From an uncultured Bacteroidaceae bacterium (GTDB lineage Bacteria > Bacillota > Clostridia > Christensenellales > CAG-917): a stretch of 64,000 nucleotides of DNA. Positions 8,813 to 17,545 of the stretch are shown here, in pieces. The notes beneath the pieces were generated by a model. That model did not search any database. It was not told where the DNA came from and saw nothing but the letters and a program-made list of their open reading frames with translations. Both the position numbers and the translations under genes were made by a program. The stretch covers positions 12,451 to 76,450 of the forward strand of contig CAZLVK010000001.1 in NCBI GenBank assembly GCA_964563025.1, in the 5' to 3' direction. Numbering within the stretch: position 1 is the stretch's first letter; the number at the start of each line of letters is the position of its first letter.

Positions 8813-8949
8813 GGAATCTCCTCATTGCAATTCGGCATTCTAATCGCCTTTAATTTTCGACAACATTATAACAAAAATATAGTTTTTGTCCAACCTTTTT
8901 TACGGTTTTTTTTGACAATATTTTTAATTAATGCAATTAGTTTACCGCT

Positions 8950-9636
8950 TTACGGATTTTCCTTTGTTTCATTCCCGCCGTTTTCCCGCATTTTCGCGAA
9001 ATAAACCGACGGACGCACGTTGTTCATCGTGACGATTTTGTCGAGTCCCCTGACTTCGATATATTTTTGTATCGTACTGCGGTGTACGCCGAGCCGTTTC
9101 GCGATGGCGGTATAGGTCTTTCCGCGCCTCAGCATACTGACGATTCTATCCTCTTTCCCGTCGAGTTTATAGCGTTTATTCTTGCTCCCATAAGGTCGTC
9201 CGAGAGTTTTGCCCTCGTCTTTCATACGAGCCAAAGCCTCTTTCGTGCGCTGGGATATGAAGTTTCTCTCGATCTCCGCGGACAGCCCGAAGGCAAAAGC
9301 AAGGACTTTCGATTGCAAGTCGTCGCCGAGCCTGTATCCGTCCCGAATCGTCCACACCCTACACCCTTTTTCGAGGCAAATGTTGAGGATTTCCATGACC
9401 ATAAACAGCGTCCTGCCGAACCGTGAAATCTCGGTAGCGACGAGGGTATCTCCCTCTTTGACGTTTTTAAGTAGCGCACCGAGCCGACGCTTGTCGATAC
9501 TCATAACGCCCGAGATAGTCTCCTCGAACCAAACGTCCACCTCGATGCCGTTATCCCTGCAAAATCTTTCGATTTCGTAACGCTGATTCTCAAGCGTCTG
9601 TTTCTCCGTACTCACGCGGATATAGCCGTAAACCAT
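8950..9636 (-). CDS. small serine recombinase (resolvase/invertase family)
   Basis: MVYGYIRVSTEKQ...ATEISRFGR is the catalytic-Ser N-terminal domain, and there is a C-terminal HTH (GKTYTAIAKRLGVHRSTIQKYI). The start was set at ATG 9636 behind GGAGG. Confidence 0.9.
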   Translation of the reverse strand: MVYGYIRVSTEKQTLENQRYEIERFCRDNGIEVDVWFEETISGVMSIDKRRLGALLKNVKEGDTLVATEISRFGRTLFMVMEILNICLEKGCRVWTIRDGYRLGDDLQSKVLAFAFGLSAEIERNFISQRTKEALARMKDEGKTLGRPYGSKNKRYKLDGKEDRIVSMLRRGKTYTAIAKRLGVHRSTIQKYIEVRGLDKIVTMNNVRPSVYFAKMRENGGNETKENP

Positions 9637-9810
9637 AGTTGTAACCTCCTGAGTTTTTTCACAACTATACCCGTCTCGGTCCCGAAAATCCAACAAAACG
9701 ACGATTGCAACAAAAATTTATTAAAAGCAGCCCTTTCTCTTTTAGGTTTGCATCTACGCCATATCGCAATTAGTTTTCAGAGGTCCGCGATGAAACCCTC
9801 GCACCGCACG

Positions 9811-9838
9811 AAAAAGCCCCATCCAAAGATAGGGCTTA
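9811..9838 (-). terminator. terminator downstream of the IMPase-family gene
   Basis: The minus strand reads AGCCC-tatctttggat-GGGGCTTTTT. Confidence 0.6.
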
Positions 9839-9872
9839 ATCACTAATTATTCCGTCCGTGTAGCACACGAAA

Positions 9873-10631
9873 CTATTTCACGATGACGGATTTCAGATAT
9901 TCGAGAGTTTTCGGAGTGCCGGCGATTATCGTGGTGGGCGTGTCGAACTGCAAGGGATTGCCTTTATAGTCGCAAAGCGCACCGCCCGCTTCTTCGAGGA
10001 TAAGGGACGCCGCCGCATAATCCCAAGGTTTCAAGCGTTTTTCAAAGTAGCCGTTTATTCTCCCCGCCGCGATATAGCAAATCGCAAGTGCGGACGAACA
10101 CATACGTCTTAAATCAAGGCAGTTTTTGAATATTTCTTTGCCGTAGGCAAACGCCTCGTCCGCCTCACCTTTGAGCGTCGAGCCCGCTCCGAACTCTATA
10201 AGGCTGTCGTGAGGTTCTCTATCCACGGCGTAGATGCGCTTGCCGTTGAGATACGCTCCCTCACCTCTGACGGCGGTGAAAACCTCGTCCATATAGGGAT
10301 TGTAGACCACGCCGTAAACGATTTTGCCGTCCTCGTACAAGCCGAGAGAGACAGAACTGAGCCTATAATCGAACACCAAATTCGTGGTGCCGTCAATAGG
10401 ATCGAGGATATATCTGCGATTTGCAAGTTCGCCTACGTCCTCTTCTTCGCTCATGAAGCCCGCTTGGGGATCGATTTCGAGCAACTTGCTCTTCACGTAA
10501 TTGCTCACTGCAAAATCGACCTTTGTGACGTAGTCCGCCTCTCCTTTCATGCTTATGCTGTTGCGCAACTCCTCGCTGAACACGATTGATTTTGCGCCGA
10601 TTATCATTTCGGTTATTTTATTATAATCCAT
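9873..10631 (-). CDS. inositol monophosphatase family phosphatase (SuhB/CysQ-like)
   Basis: Carries the ILDPIDGTTN and WDYAAASLILEEAGG motifs of the IMPase/FBPase superfamily. Confidence 0.9.
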   Translation of the reverse strand: MDYNKITEMIIGAKSIVFSEELRNSISMKGEADYVTKVDFAVSNYVKSKLLEIDPQAGFMSEEEDVGELANRRYILDPIDGTTNLVFDYRLSSVSLGLYEDGKIVYGVVYNPYMDEVFTAVRGEGAYLNGKRIYAVDREPHDSLIEFGAGSTLKGEADEAFAYGKEIFKNCLDLRRMCSSALAICYIAAGRINGYFEKRLKPWDYAAASLILEEAGGALCDYKGNPLQFDTPTTIIAGTPKTLEYLKSVIVK

Positions 10632-10633
10632 AT

Positions 10634-11698
10634 TTAGTCCTCGTCCGAGAAAAAGTCTATTACGTATTTATTTCTTCCTTCTTCGGTTGCAAATATTTCG
10701 ACTCTGCATTCTTTGCCGTCTTTTCCTTCCGTGACGGCATCTTGCGACCTTCCGTGTAACACGTTGCCGTACTCGTCGTCCATGTAGTCTATTTCAAACT
10801 TATGTATGCCGTCCCTTACGCCTTCGCCGATTACTTTGTCTCCGTTCGTTTCCTCGTCGCATTTTTGAGCCTTGTAAATGCCTTCTATTTTCTTGCTTGC
10901 GACGTCTAACGAATAACTCCCCGACCAAAGCGTATACTTTCTTGTATTGACGGTGATTTTAGGATTGCCGTCCTCGTCCTCAACGACTTTCGCCTTGTAA
11001 TTTTTGCCATTGACGAACTCCAATTTATAACCGCCGTCACCGCGTTTGATTTCCACTTGACCGACTCTCAAATAGTCCTTGCGTTTTGCGCTTATCACGT
11101 GGCAATGATAATAAATTCCGGGTTTGATATGTTTTTCTATTTCCGCATCCGAGACGTTTTTGCTCCAACCGACAAAGGATTTATTCTTGAACCCGCTTTG
11201 CACGAATTGATTGATATTTTCGTACACGTGGTCGACGGGAGCGACTTTCATAAAAGACTTGCCCATGACTTCGCGTGCGAACGCAATTTGAGAGCGAGTG
11301 TCTTCCGCACTCTGGAAAGCGTATAGTTTCTCAAGTTCCTCATCGCTTTTTTCGTCGACGTTATTATTGACCATATCCGCCAACTCTTGCAAAATCACGA
11401 CGAGCATATTCGCCTTTTTTGTATCGATAGCGTATTTATACTCTTTCTCCGTCCAACTCGTGCGGTTTATATCGTTCTTATCCCGACTGCCGTACGTCGT
11501 GCCCATAATGAGAATGAACATATCCGCATCGTCGATGAGTTTAGTTATATTGCCGAAACCGTTATTCGCATCGACGACGAAATGCTCCATCTCAACGGGG
11601 AACACGTTGTTGTCGAGAAAGCACGACGTAACTTTTTCGCGGATTTCTTTCAGCGACGAAAAGTTCGACGACAGAAAAGCCGTATACAGATTGGGCAT
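10634..11698 (-). CDS. DUF4062 (TIR-like/deoxyribosyltransferase-like) domain protein with uncharacterised C-terminal domain
   Basis: The start was set at ATG 11698 behind GGAGG. The N-terminus YTAFLSSNFSSLKEIREKV...FPVEMEHF...DADMFILIMGTTYGS...SWTEKEYKYAIDTKKANMLVVI follows the DUF4062 pattern as I remember it. About 190 beta-rich C-terminal residues match no family I know. Confidence 0.7.
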   Translation of the reverse strand: MPNLYTAFLSSNFSSLKEIREKVTSCFLDNNVFPVEMEHFVVDANNGFGNITKLIDDADMFILIMGTTYGSRDKNDINRTSWTEKEYKYAIDTKKANMLVVILQELADMVNNNVDEKSDEELEKLYAFQSAEDTRSQIAFAREVMGKSFMKVAPVDHVYENINQFVQSGFKNKSFVGWSKNVSDAEIEKHIKPGIYYHCHVISAKRKDYLRVGQVEIKRGDGGYKLEFVNGKNYKAKVVEDEDGNPKITVNTRKYTLWSGSYSLDVASKKIEGIYKAQKCDEETNGDKVIGEGVRDGIHKFEIDYMDDEYGNVLHGRSQDAVTEGKDGKECRVEIFATEEGRNKYVIDFFSDED

Positions 11699-11726
11699 AG
11701 CGTACCTCCGAATTCCCTTTTCTAAG

Positions 11727-11755
11727 ATTATATACGCTAATAGCGTATTTTTCAA
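11727..11755 (-). promoter_or_regulatory. sigma-70-type promoter of the DUF4062/IMPase unit, with palindromic spacer
   Basis: The minus strand reads TTGAAA-aatacgctattagcgta-TATAAT with a 17-nt spacer. The palindrome ATACGCT-att-AGCGTAT (11732..11748) overlaps the -35/spacer/-10 region. Confidence 0.65.
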
Positions 11756-11813
11756 GCACTAATTGTCTATTACGCCCTTTTTGACGCTCCGAGTGTTCAA
11801 AAAAGCGTCCCGA

Positions 11814-11840
11814 CGAAAAAGGTCCGAACAAATCGGACCT
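11814..11840 (-). terminator. terminator of the MBL-fold hydrolase gene
   Basis: The minus strand reads GGTCCGA-tttgt-TCGGACCTTTTT. Confidence 0.75.
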
Positions 11841-11845
11841 TGATT

Positions 11846-12592
11846 TTACAATTCGTATATTTCGTTGTCGCGGGCAAGGGAAACGTTCGTGCCGTCAATC
11901 AACTCCGCTATTCTGCGTTTGTCGTCCTCGCTCCATTCCGGGTTTTGGTGCACGAGAAGAACCTTCCCGAACCTATCGAGAGGTATATCGCCGAGGAGTT
12001 TTTCGACGGACGTATGTTTGCTACCCTCGCTACTCTTGATTTCCCAACATTCGTGGAGAAGAAGTTTTGCGGGAGTTACGTTTTCCCACGCGGATTTTTC
12101 GATAATCGTATCCGTCGCGTAGACCAAGTCGTCGTCAACGGATATTCTGAAAGACGGTGCGCTGTGCGTTTGCGCCGTCACGCCTATATGAAGGTCGCCT
12201 ATATCGAAATCCTTTCCCGCATAGTCTATGCAACTCACGCTCTTTGAGAACTTGTCGATATCTCTCGAAAAGAACGCCGTCTGCAACAACTCTTTCATAT
12301 ACTCGTGAGTGGTTTTCTCGTATACGGGTTTGCCGGGACCGTAAATGCGCAACTCCTTATCCGCGATATACGGCAACAAATAGATGAGTCCGATAAGGTG
12401 GTCGAGATGATAGTGGGACAAGATTATCGATATTCTATCGTACTTTTTTATGACGTCGAGATATTCGGACATCCTTGCGACTCCCGTGCCCGCATCCAGC
12501 AAAACAAGTTCGCCTTTGCTTTCGAGCATAAAGCAACTCGTGTGGTTTTCTTTCGGTATCCAGCCGCCGCTGCCTAACAGATATAATTTCAT
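11846..12592 (-). CDS. MBL-fold metallo-hydrolase (RNase Z-like)
   Basis: HYHLDHLIG (HxHxDH motif) and an N-terminal LLGSGG. Confidence 0.85.
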   Translation of the reverse strand: MKLYLLGSGGWIPKENHTSCFMLESKGELVLLDAGTGVARMSEYLDVIKKYDRISIILSHYHLDHLIGLIYLLPYIADKELRIYGPGKPVYEKTTHEYMKELLQTAFFSRDIDKFSKSVSCIDYAGKDFDIGDLHIGVTAQTHSAPSFRISVDDDLVYATDTIIEKSAWENVTPAKLLLHECWEIKSSEGSKHTSVEKLLGDIPLDRFGKVLLVHQNPEWSEDDKRRIAELIDGTNVSLARDNEIYEL

Positions 12593-12611
12593 ATTTTCTC
12601 CTCCGAAAAAC

Positions 12612-13409
12612 TTATTCGAGCGGGATTTTCGTTTCGACGTGCTTATGGAACACGCTGAAATGCGTGAAGCCGATTTCTTTCAGGAGTTTGCAGGTCTCGG
12701 AATACTTCTTGACGAGTTCGTTGTTGTGAGAATCCGAGCCGAACGAAATTTTTCTTCCGCCGAGTTCGTAATATCTTTTCAAAATTTCGACGGACGGGAA
12801 CAACTCCGTATGCGTATTGACTTCAAGAGCTTTATTTCTTTCGATTATACCCTTCAAAATCGCGTCGAATTTGTCGGGATAGTCGGCGTAACGCAAGGAC
12901 TTGTCTCGGTAAGGAGCGTTCCTCGTCACGTAGCCGATATGTGCGACTATATCGTACTCGTAAGGAGCGCCGAGACTCGACAAAATCGCGTCGAGATAAC
13001 CGCTGTACATTTTCGCTTTGCTCTTGAACCAGAACGCACGAGAGAAGTATACGTCCCAGCCGTAAACGAAGTGGACGGAATTGATGACCGCGTCAAATTC
13101 GTAACGCGGGAGCAAGTCTTTCAGCACGCTCTCTGCGGGTTTAGACCACCCCGCTTCTATGCCGAAGCACAAATCCAAATCGTCGCCGTCGAGGGAGTTT
13201 TTGACCTCTTGCCACTCTTTTCGATAATTGTCGAGGTTGATATGTCTCCAGGGAATGGGAGTATGCCCGCCACACTTCAAATCCATATCGAGGTGGTCGG
13301 TGGTGCAAAGATAGGACACGCCGTTTGCTTTCGCTTGGCGCACGATTTCGGCAATCGTATCCTTGCCGTCCGAACTATGATGGGTGTGGACGTGAGAGTC
13401 TACTTTCAT
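12612..13409 (-). CDS. PHP-domain phosphatase (histidinol-phosphatase HisJ-like)
   Basis: The MKVDSHVHTHHSSDG N-terminal HxH motif and overall PHP pattern. Its start overlaps the alaS stop (ATGA). Confidence 0.8.
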   Translation of the reverse strand: MKVDSHVHTHHSSDGKDTIAEIVRQAKANGVSYLCTTDHLDMDLKCGGHTPIPWRHINLDNYRKEWQEVKNSLDGDDLDLCFGIEAGWSKPAESVLKDLLPRYEFDAVINSVHFVYGWDVYFSRAFWFKSKAKMYSGYLDAILSSLGAPYEYDIVAHIGYVTRNAPYRDKSLRYADYPDKFDAILKGIIERNKALEVNTHTELFPSVEILKRYYELGGRKISFGSDSHNNELVKKYSETCKLLKEIGFTHFSVFHKHVETKIPLE

Positions 13410-15193
13410 TCAAGAACCGCCTTTATACGTCTGATTCCCGCCGATGAACTCTGTTCTTTGACGATACGGAACTTTCCGAGTTCCCCGGTAGTCGCGGCGT
13501 GAGGGCCTCCGCAAATCTCTTTGCTGGAGCCTATCGTATAGACTTTGACGACTTCGCCGTAACGGTCGCCGAACACGCCGATTGCGCCTTGGTCGCGCGC
13601 CTCTTCAACGGACATTTCTTCGCACTTGACGGTGGCGTTCGCTTGGATTTCGGAATTCACGACGTCCTCTATAGCCTTGATTTCCTCCGCGGTCAAGGGA
13701 CGAGGGAAGTTGAAGTCGAAACGAAGTCTTTCGGGAGTGATATTGCTACCCTTTTGCATTATGCCGTCGTCGCCGAGCACTTTTTTGAGTGCGTAGTTAA
13801 GAAGGTGCGTTGCGCTGTGGAGTCTTGCGGTTTGTTCACCGCCGTCCGCGAGACCGCCTTTGAACTTTTGTTCCGCACCCGCCTTGGATTTGGCTTGGTG
13901 TTCCTCGAACGCCTTGTTATATCCCGCCATATCCACGTCGAAAGAGTGTTCCTTTGCAAGTTCCGCGGTCATTTCGATGGGGAATCCGAAAGTGTCGTAA
14001 AGTCTGAACGCGGTTTTGCCGGGGAAAACTTTCATACCTTCGGGAAGATGGGCGAGAATTTTGTCGAATTCTTTGAGCCCTTGCTCGACGGTCTTGGAGA
14101 ATTTCTCTTGTTCGAGGGAGAGTTCTTGTTGGATTCTGTCCGCATTCTCCGCAATATTCTTGTATACGTCGCCGTATTTTGCGACGAAGAGAGCGGAAAT
14201 TTCGTTCAACGCGTCGTATCCTATGCCGAGAGTTCTGCAATAGCGCATCGCTCTACGGATAAGACGACGGAGAATATAGCCTTGATCGACGTTCGAGGGA
14301 GAAATGCCCTTGACGTCCCCTATCATAAAGGTTGCGGTACGAGTGTGATCCGCAATTATGCGCATAGCCTTGGTGATTTCTTCGCTTTCACCGTAAGTCT
14401 TGCCGGATAGTTCTTCGAGTTTTTTGATAGCGAAGTCGAAGAGGTCTGTTTCGTAGACGGATTTGTAGCCGTTCAAAATGCAAAGCATTCTTTCAAAGCC
14501 CATGCCTTGATCAACGTTCTTTTTCTCCATAGGTGCGTAGTTGCCTTCCGCGTCCTTAAAGTATTGCATGAAAACGTTATTGCCGATTTCGATATACTTA
14601 CCGCAGTCGCAAGCGGGAGAACAATCCTCCGAGCAGGCGGGTTTGCCGGTGTCGATGAACATTTCGGTATCCGGACCGCAAGGACCGGTGGTACCGCAAG
14701 GTCCCCACCAGTTATGTTTTCTGTCAAGGAAGAAAATCTGTTCGTCTTTGAGTCCGAGGCTGCGCCAAATGTTTGCGCTTTCCTCGTCGCGGGGGCAAAC
14801 GTCGTCTCCCGCAAACACGCTGACGGCAAACTTGTCAAGGTCGAATTCGAGGTGATTAATCAAGAAATCATATGCCCACTTTATGGCGTCCTCTTTGAAA
14901 TAGTCGCCGAGAGACCAACTTCCGAGCATCTCGAAAAACGTGCAGTGAGACGCATCGCCGACTTCGTCAATATCACCTGTACGCACGCAAATTTGCACGT
15001 CGGTAAGGCGGTTGCCCGCGGGGTGTTTTTCGCCGAGAAGATACGGAACGAGGGGGTGCATACCCGCCGTAGTAAATAACACCGTCGGATCGTTTTCGGG
15101 TATAAGCGACGCAGCCTTAATCACTGCGTGAGAGTGTTCGCGATAAAAGTCAAGGTACGCCTTGCGCAGTTCTACTGAATTGAGTTTTTTCAT
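13406..15193 (-). CDS. alaS: alanine--tRNA ligase, short form (595 aa, no C-Ala domain)
   Basis: The class II core is present (FTTAGM, FFEMLGSWS, GMGFER), as are the editing-domain motifs HSATHLL and CGGPH. The ORF ends right after the editing core. Confidence 0.9.
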   Translation of the reverse strand: MKKLNSVELRKAYLDFYREHSHAVIKAASLIPENDPTVLFTTAGMHPLVPYLLGEKHPAGNRLTDVQICVRTGDIDEVGDASHCTFFEMLGSWSLGDYFKEDAIKWAYDFLINHLEFDLDKFAVSVFAGDDVCPRDEESANIWRSLGLKDEQIFFLDRKHNWWGPCGTTGPCGPDTEMFIDTGKPACSEDCSPACDCGKYIEIGNNVFMQYFKDAEGNYAPMEKKNVDQGMGFERMLCILNGYKSVYETDLFDFAIKKLEELSGKTYGESEEITKAMRIIADHTRTATFMIGDVKGISPSNVDQGYILRRLIRRAMRYCRTLGIGYDALNEISALFVAKYGDVYKNIAENADRIQQELSLEQEKFSKTVEQGLKEFDKILAHLPEGMKVFPGKTAFRLYDTFGFPIEMTAELAKEHSFDVDMAGYNKAFEEHQAKSKAGAEQKFKGGLADGGEQTARLHSATHLLNYALKKVLGDDGIMQKGSNITPERLRFDFNFPRPLTAEEIKAIEDVVNSEIQANATVKCEEMSVEEARDQGAIGVFGDRYGEVVKVYTIGSSKEICGGPHAATTGELGKFRIVKEQSSSAGIRRIKAVLE

Positions 15194-15245
15194 ATATCCT
15201 CACTTTATTCTGCCGTTTTGAGCAGATAAACTATATTTTTCGTCG

Positions 15246-16496
15246 TTATATCTCATCTACGCATACGCCTATTCCGCGCAATACGTCGAAGAAGTTACGA
15301 GGCAAATCGTTCTCGACTATACTCTTCGTAAACGAGAAGAGTGTACGCCCGCCGGTGCTGGTTACGCCGAGGTTCACCTTTGCGTTTTTGGACACGTTCA
15401 CGTTGAACAGCACCCTTTTCACACCGAAGCCGTCGGGCATATCCGTCCGTCCGAGGTTGGACAGAATTATCGTTTGTCGGGACTTCAAAAACAATCGGAT
15501 GAACTTCGCCACCCCCGTCTTGAACCATAGCGGAGTAAGTCTCAGAAGAAGGGTTTTCTCGGCGCGAACGGTTGTCGAAATCATAGCGGACAGCTTCTCT
15601 TTCGTCGCGTTTACGGCAAGTTGTTCCTTTGCGCTTGCGACGAAGTCGTCGAGCGTTTTAAGCGCGCGCGGTCTAAATACGAGTCGCACGAAAGTCACGA
15701 AGTTGCGCACGCTCTCGGACGGAAATACCGAGCGGAGATTGACGGGGACCATCATCACGATGGGGCGTTTGCAGTCGTCGGTTTTTTCTATCGAATAGGC
15801 AAGCACGCCTGCGGTAAAAGCGGTGAACGTCGCACCGTTTTCTTTCGCGATTTTGGACGCGTCCGAATAGTTGCACTCCCCTCTTATCGCCGAATAGCCG
15901 TTTTCGTCGATCGTACCGGTGAGCAAATGAGGTGCGGAGCCCGTCAGACCTTTGACGTCGATACCGCCGAATTTTATCGGAGAATAATGTCTGGCATAAG
16001 CGTCCTCCGACTCACTCTCGGAGGGTGTCGCGTCGAAGTCTATCGCTCCGTCAATGCCCTCGAAGGAACGGCCTTGTGCCTCGCGGTATTTCTGGACGAT
16101 GCCTTTCAAAAAAATCGTTGCACCCGTGCCGTCGCATAGCCCGTGAAAGACTTCGAGGATTATCCGATTATCGCGGTAAGACGTGCGGAAAAGGTAGTCG
16201 TTCGTCTCTACGGGGTTTATGGGGCGCAACAACTTTCCGTCGCTCGGGAAAACCAAAACTTCCTTTTCGTTTTCTTCGAGATAATGCCAGTTGTAGCCTT
16301 TTTTCAAGCGCACTTTGAAGGTCGGGAATCTGTCCATCGCCTCGTTTACGGCGAGGGAAAGCAACTCGCTCGAAACGGTCTCGTCGAGTTCCGCCTCGAT
16401 TCTAAAAATACTTTGCGCCTTTTTCGTCGCCATAATCGGGTAAAAAAGCGACGAATTGTCAAGGGCGTATCTTTTCGGCGTGCGTTTTTTCTCCAT
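15246..16496 (-). CDS. condensation-domain-like acyltransferase (alcohol acetyltransferase family-like)
   Basis: The HGLCDG (HxxxD) catalytic motif and an N-terminus YALDNSSLFYPIM...FRIEAELDETV typical of this family in Clostridia. Confidence 0.65.
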   Translation of the reverse strand: MEKKRTPKRYALDNSSLFYPIMATKKAQSIFRIEAELDETVSSELLSLAVNEAMDRFPTFKVRLKKGYNWHYLEENEKEVLVFPSDGKLLRPINPVETNDYLFRTSYRDNRIILEVFHGLCDGTGATIFLKGIVQKYREAQGRSFEGIDGAIDFDATPSESESEDAYARHYSPIKFGGIDVKGLTGSAPHLLTGTIDENGYSAIRGECNYSDASKIAKENGATFTAFTAGVLAYSIEKTDDCKRPIVMMVPVNLRSVFPSESVRNFVTFVRLVFRPRALKTLDDFVASAKEQLAVNATKEKLSAMISTTVRAEKTLLLRLTPLWFKTGVAKFIRLFLKSRQTIILSNLGRTDMPDGFGVKRVLFNVNVSKNAKVNLGVTSTGGRTLFSFTKSIVENDLPRNFFDVLRGIGVCVDEI

Positions 16497-16577
16497 AATT
16501 CTCTCCCTTTACCGCCTTATTTTATTATCTTTTCAAAATTATGTCAATCATTAAGCGCGCGCGCATATATTATTCGT

Positions 16578-16859
16578 ATGGAAAACTCGAAAAATCTCGA
16601 CAAAAACAAAAATCACCGCTTAGAACTCGACAACCACAAACTGCTGTCGGTAAGCGGTGTAAAAAGCGTGCCCACGTTCACGGATAAGGGACTCGTCGTA
16701 AACCTCACCGACGAAACTCTGACGGTTGCGGGAAGAGACCTGAGCGTCAAACGCCTCGACGTAGAAACGGGAGACTTGCTGATAACGGGCTACGTCACCG
16801 CACTTAAATACGGCGGTACCGTCCGTGAAGGCGGACTAATCAAAAAACTGCTCAAATGA
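16578..16859 (+). CDS. yabP: sporulation protein YabP
   Basis: HRLELDNHKLLSVSGVKSVPTFTDKGLVVNL...LSVKRLDVETGDLLITG matches the YabP pattern. ATGA overlap with yabQ. Confidence 0.85.
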   Translation: MENSKNLDKNKNHRLELDNHKLLSVSGVKSVPTFTDKGLVVNLTDETLTVAGRDLSVKRLDVETGDLLITGYVTALKYGGTVREGGLIKKLLK

Positions 16860-17170
16860 CTCTCGGTGCGTCTTGGAGCGGACAAGCATTATTCGCGCTT
16901 ATATCTTTTGCGTTCGGATTTATCGGCGGAATCCCCGCCCTTTTGTACTTCCGAAAATCGAGACGTGCCGAGGAATTTTTGACGGACCTTTTCGCGACGA
17001 TTGTCATCGGCGGAATTTATCTTGCCTCGGTAGAAATCGGGGGCAAGGGACAATTCGTATGGTATTCTCCCCTTTTCTTTGCCTTGGGTGCGGTGACGTT
17101 CGTCCGCTTAAAGAAATTTCTTTTTTCTATCCTCAAACGCGGTAGGGCAATTCGCAAGTCTCGACGCTAA
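16856..17170 (+). CDS. yabQ: spore cortex biosynthesis protein YabQ
   Basis: A small multi-TM protein immediately after, and translationally coupled to, yabP. Confidence 0.75.
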   Translation: MTLGASWSGQALFALISFAFGFIGGIPALLYFRKSRRAEEFLTDLFATIVIGGIYLASVEIGGKGQFVWYSPLFFALGAVTFVRLKKFLFSILKRGRAIRKSRR

Positions 17171-17461
17171 CTCGTTTTTCATTTCTACGTAGTTTGCGCA
17201 GAGGTTCATGATATACCTTTGCCTCTCGTCGTGAGGGAGAGAGTTCATATATTCCTTGTCGGCGAGTTGTTCGACGGGGTTGGTTATCTCCTCTCCCTTT
17301 TCGTATAGGTCGCGGAGACGCAAAAACATATCCTTTTCGGACGGCGTGAAATTTTTGGACGGTTCCAGAACTGACGGATAATACTCCCTCTTCATAAGCC
17401 GACGCTTTGCTTCAATTGCCAAATTTCTGATAGCGCATTTAGGGTGCGGGACGTTGCTCAT
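17108..17461 (-). CDS. hypothetical protein (117 aa)
   Basis: The start was set at ATG 17461 behind AGGAGG. Its 3' end overlaps yabQ convergently by about 60 nt. No family recognised. Confidence 0.5.
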   Translation of the reverse strand: MSNVPHPKCAIRNLAIEAKRRLMKREYYPSVLEPSKNFTPSEKDMFLRLRDLYEKGEEITNPVEQLADKEYMNSLPHDERQRYIMNLCANYVEMKNELASRLANCPTAFEDRKKKFL

Positions 17462-17545
17462 AATTCCTCCTGACGAGGATATAATAGCACGATTTTGTTC
17501 AGGTGGAGCACTCTCGACAATAGTAGACAAAATAAGACAAAGAAA

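Noticed and set aside
8813-8949. An invertible promoter for the 8192..8812 gene controlled by the adjacent serine recombinase
   Set aside because: By eye I could find no pair of inverted repeats flanking this segment. Only an 11-bp direct repeat around the recombinase gene was seen. A computational inverted-repeat search is needed to exclude it fully.
15194-15245. A T-box leader upstream of alaS
   Set aside because: The intergenic gap is only 52 bp, far too short for a T-box, and no specifier or T-box sequence is visible.
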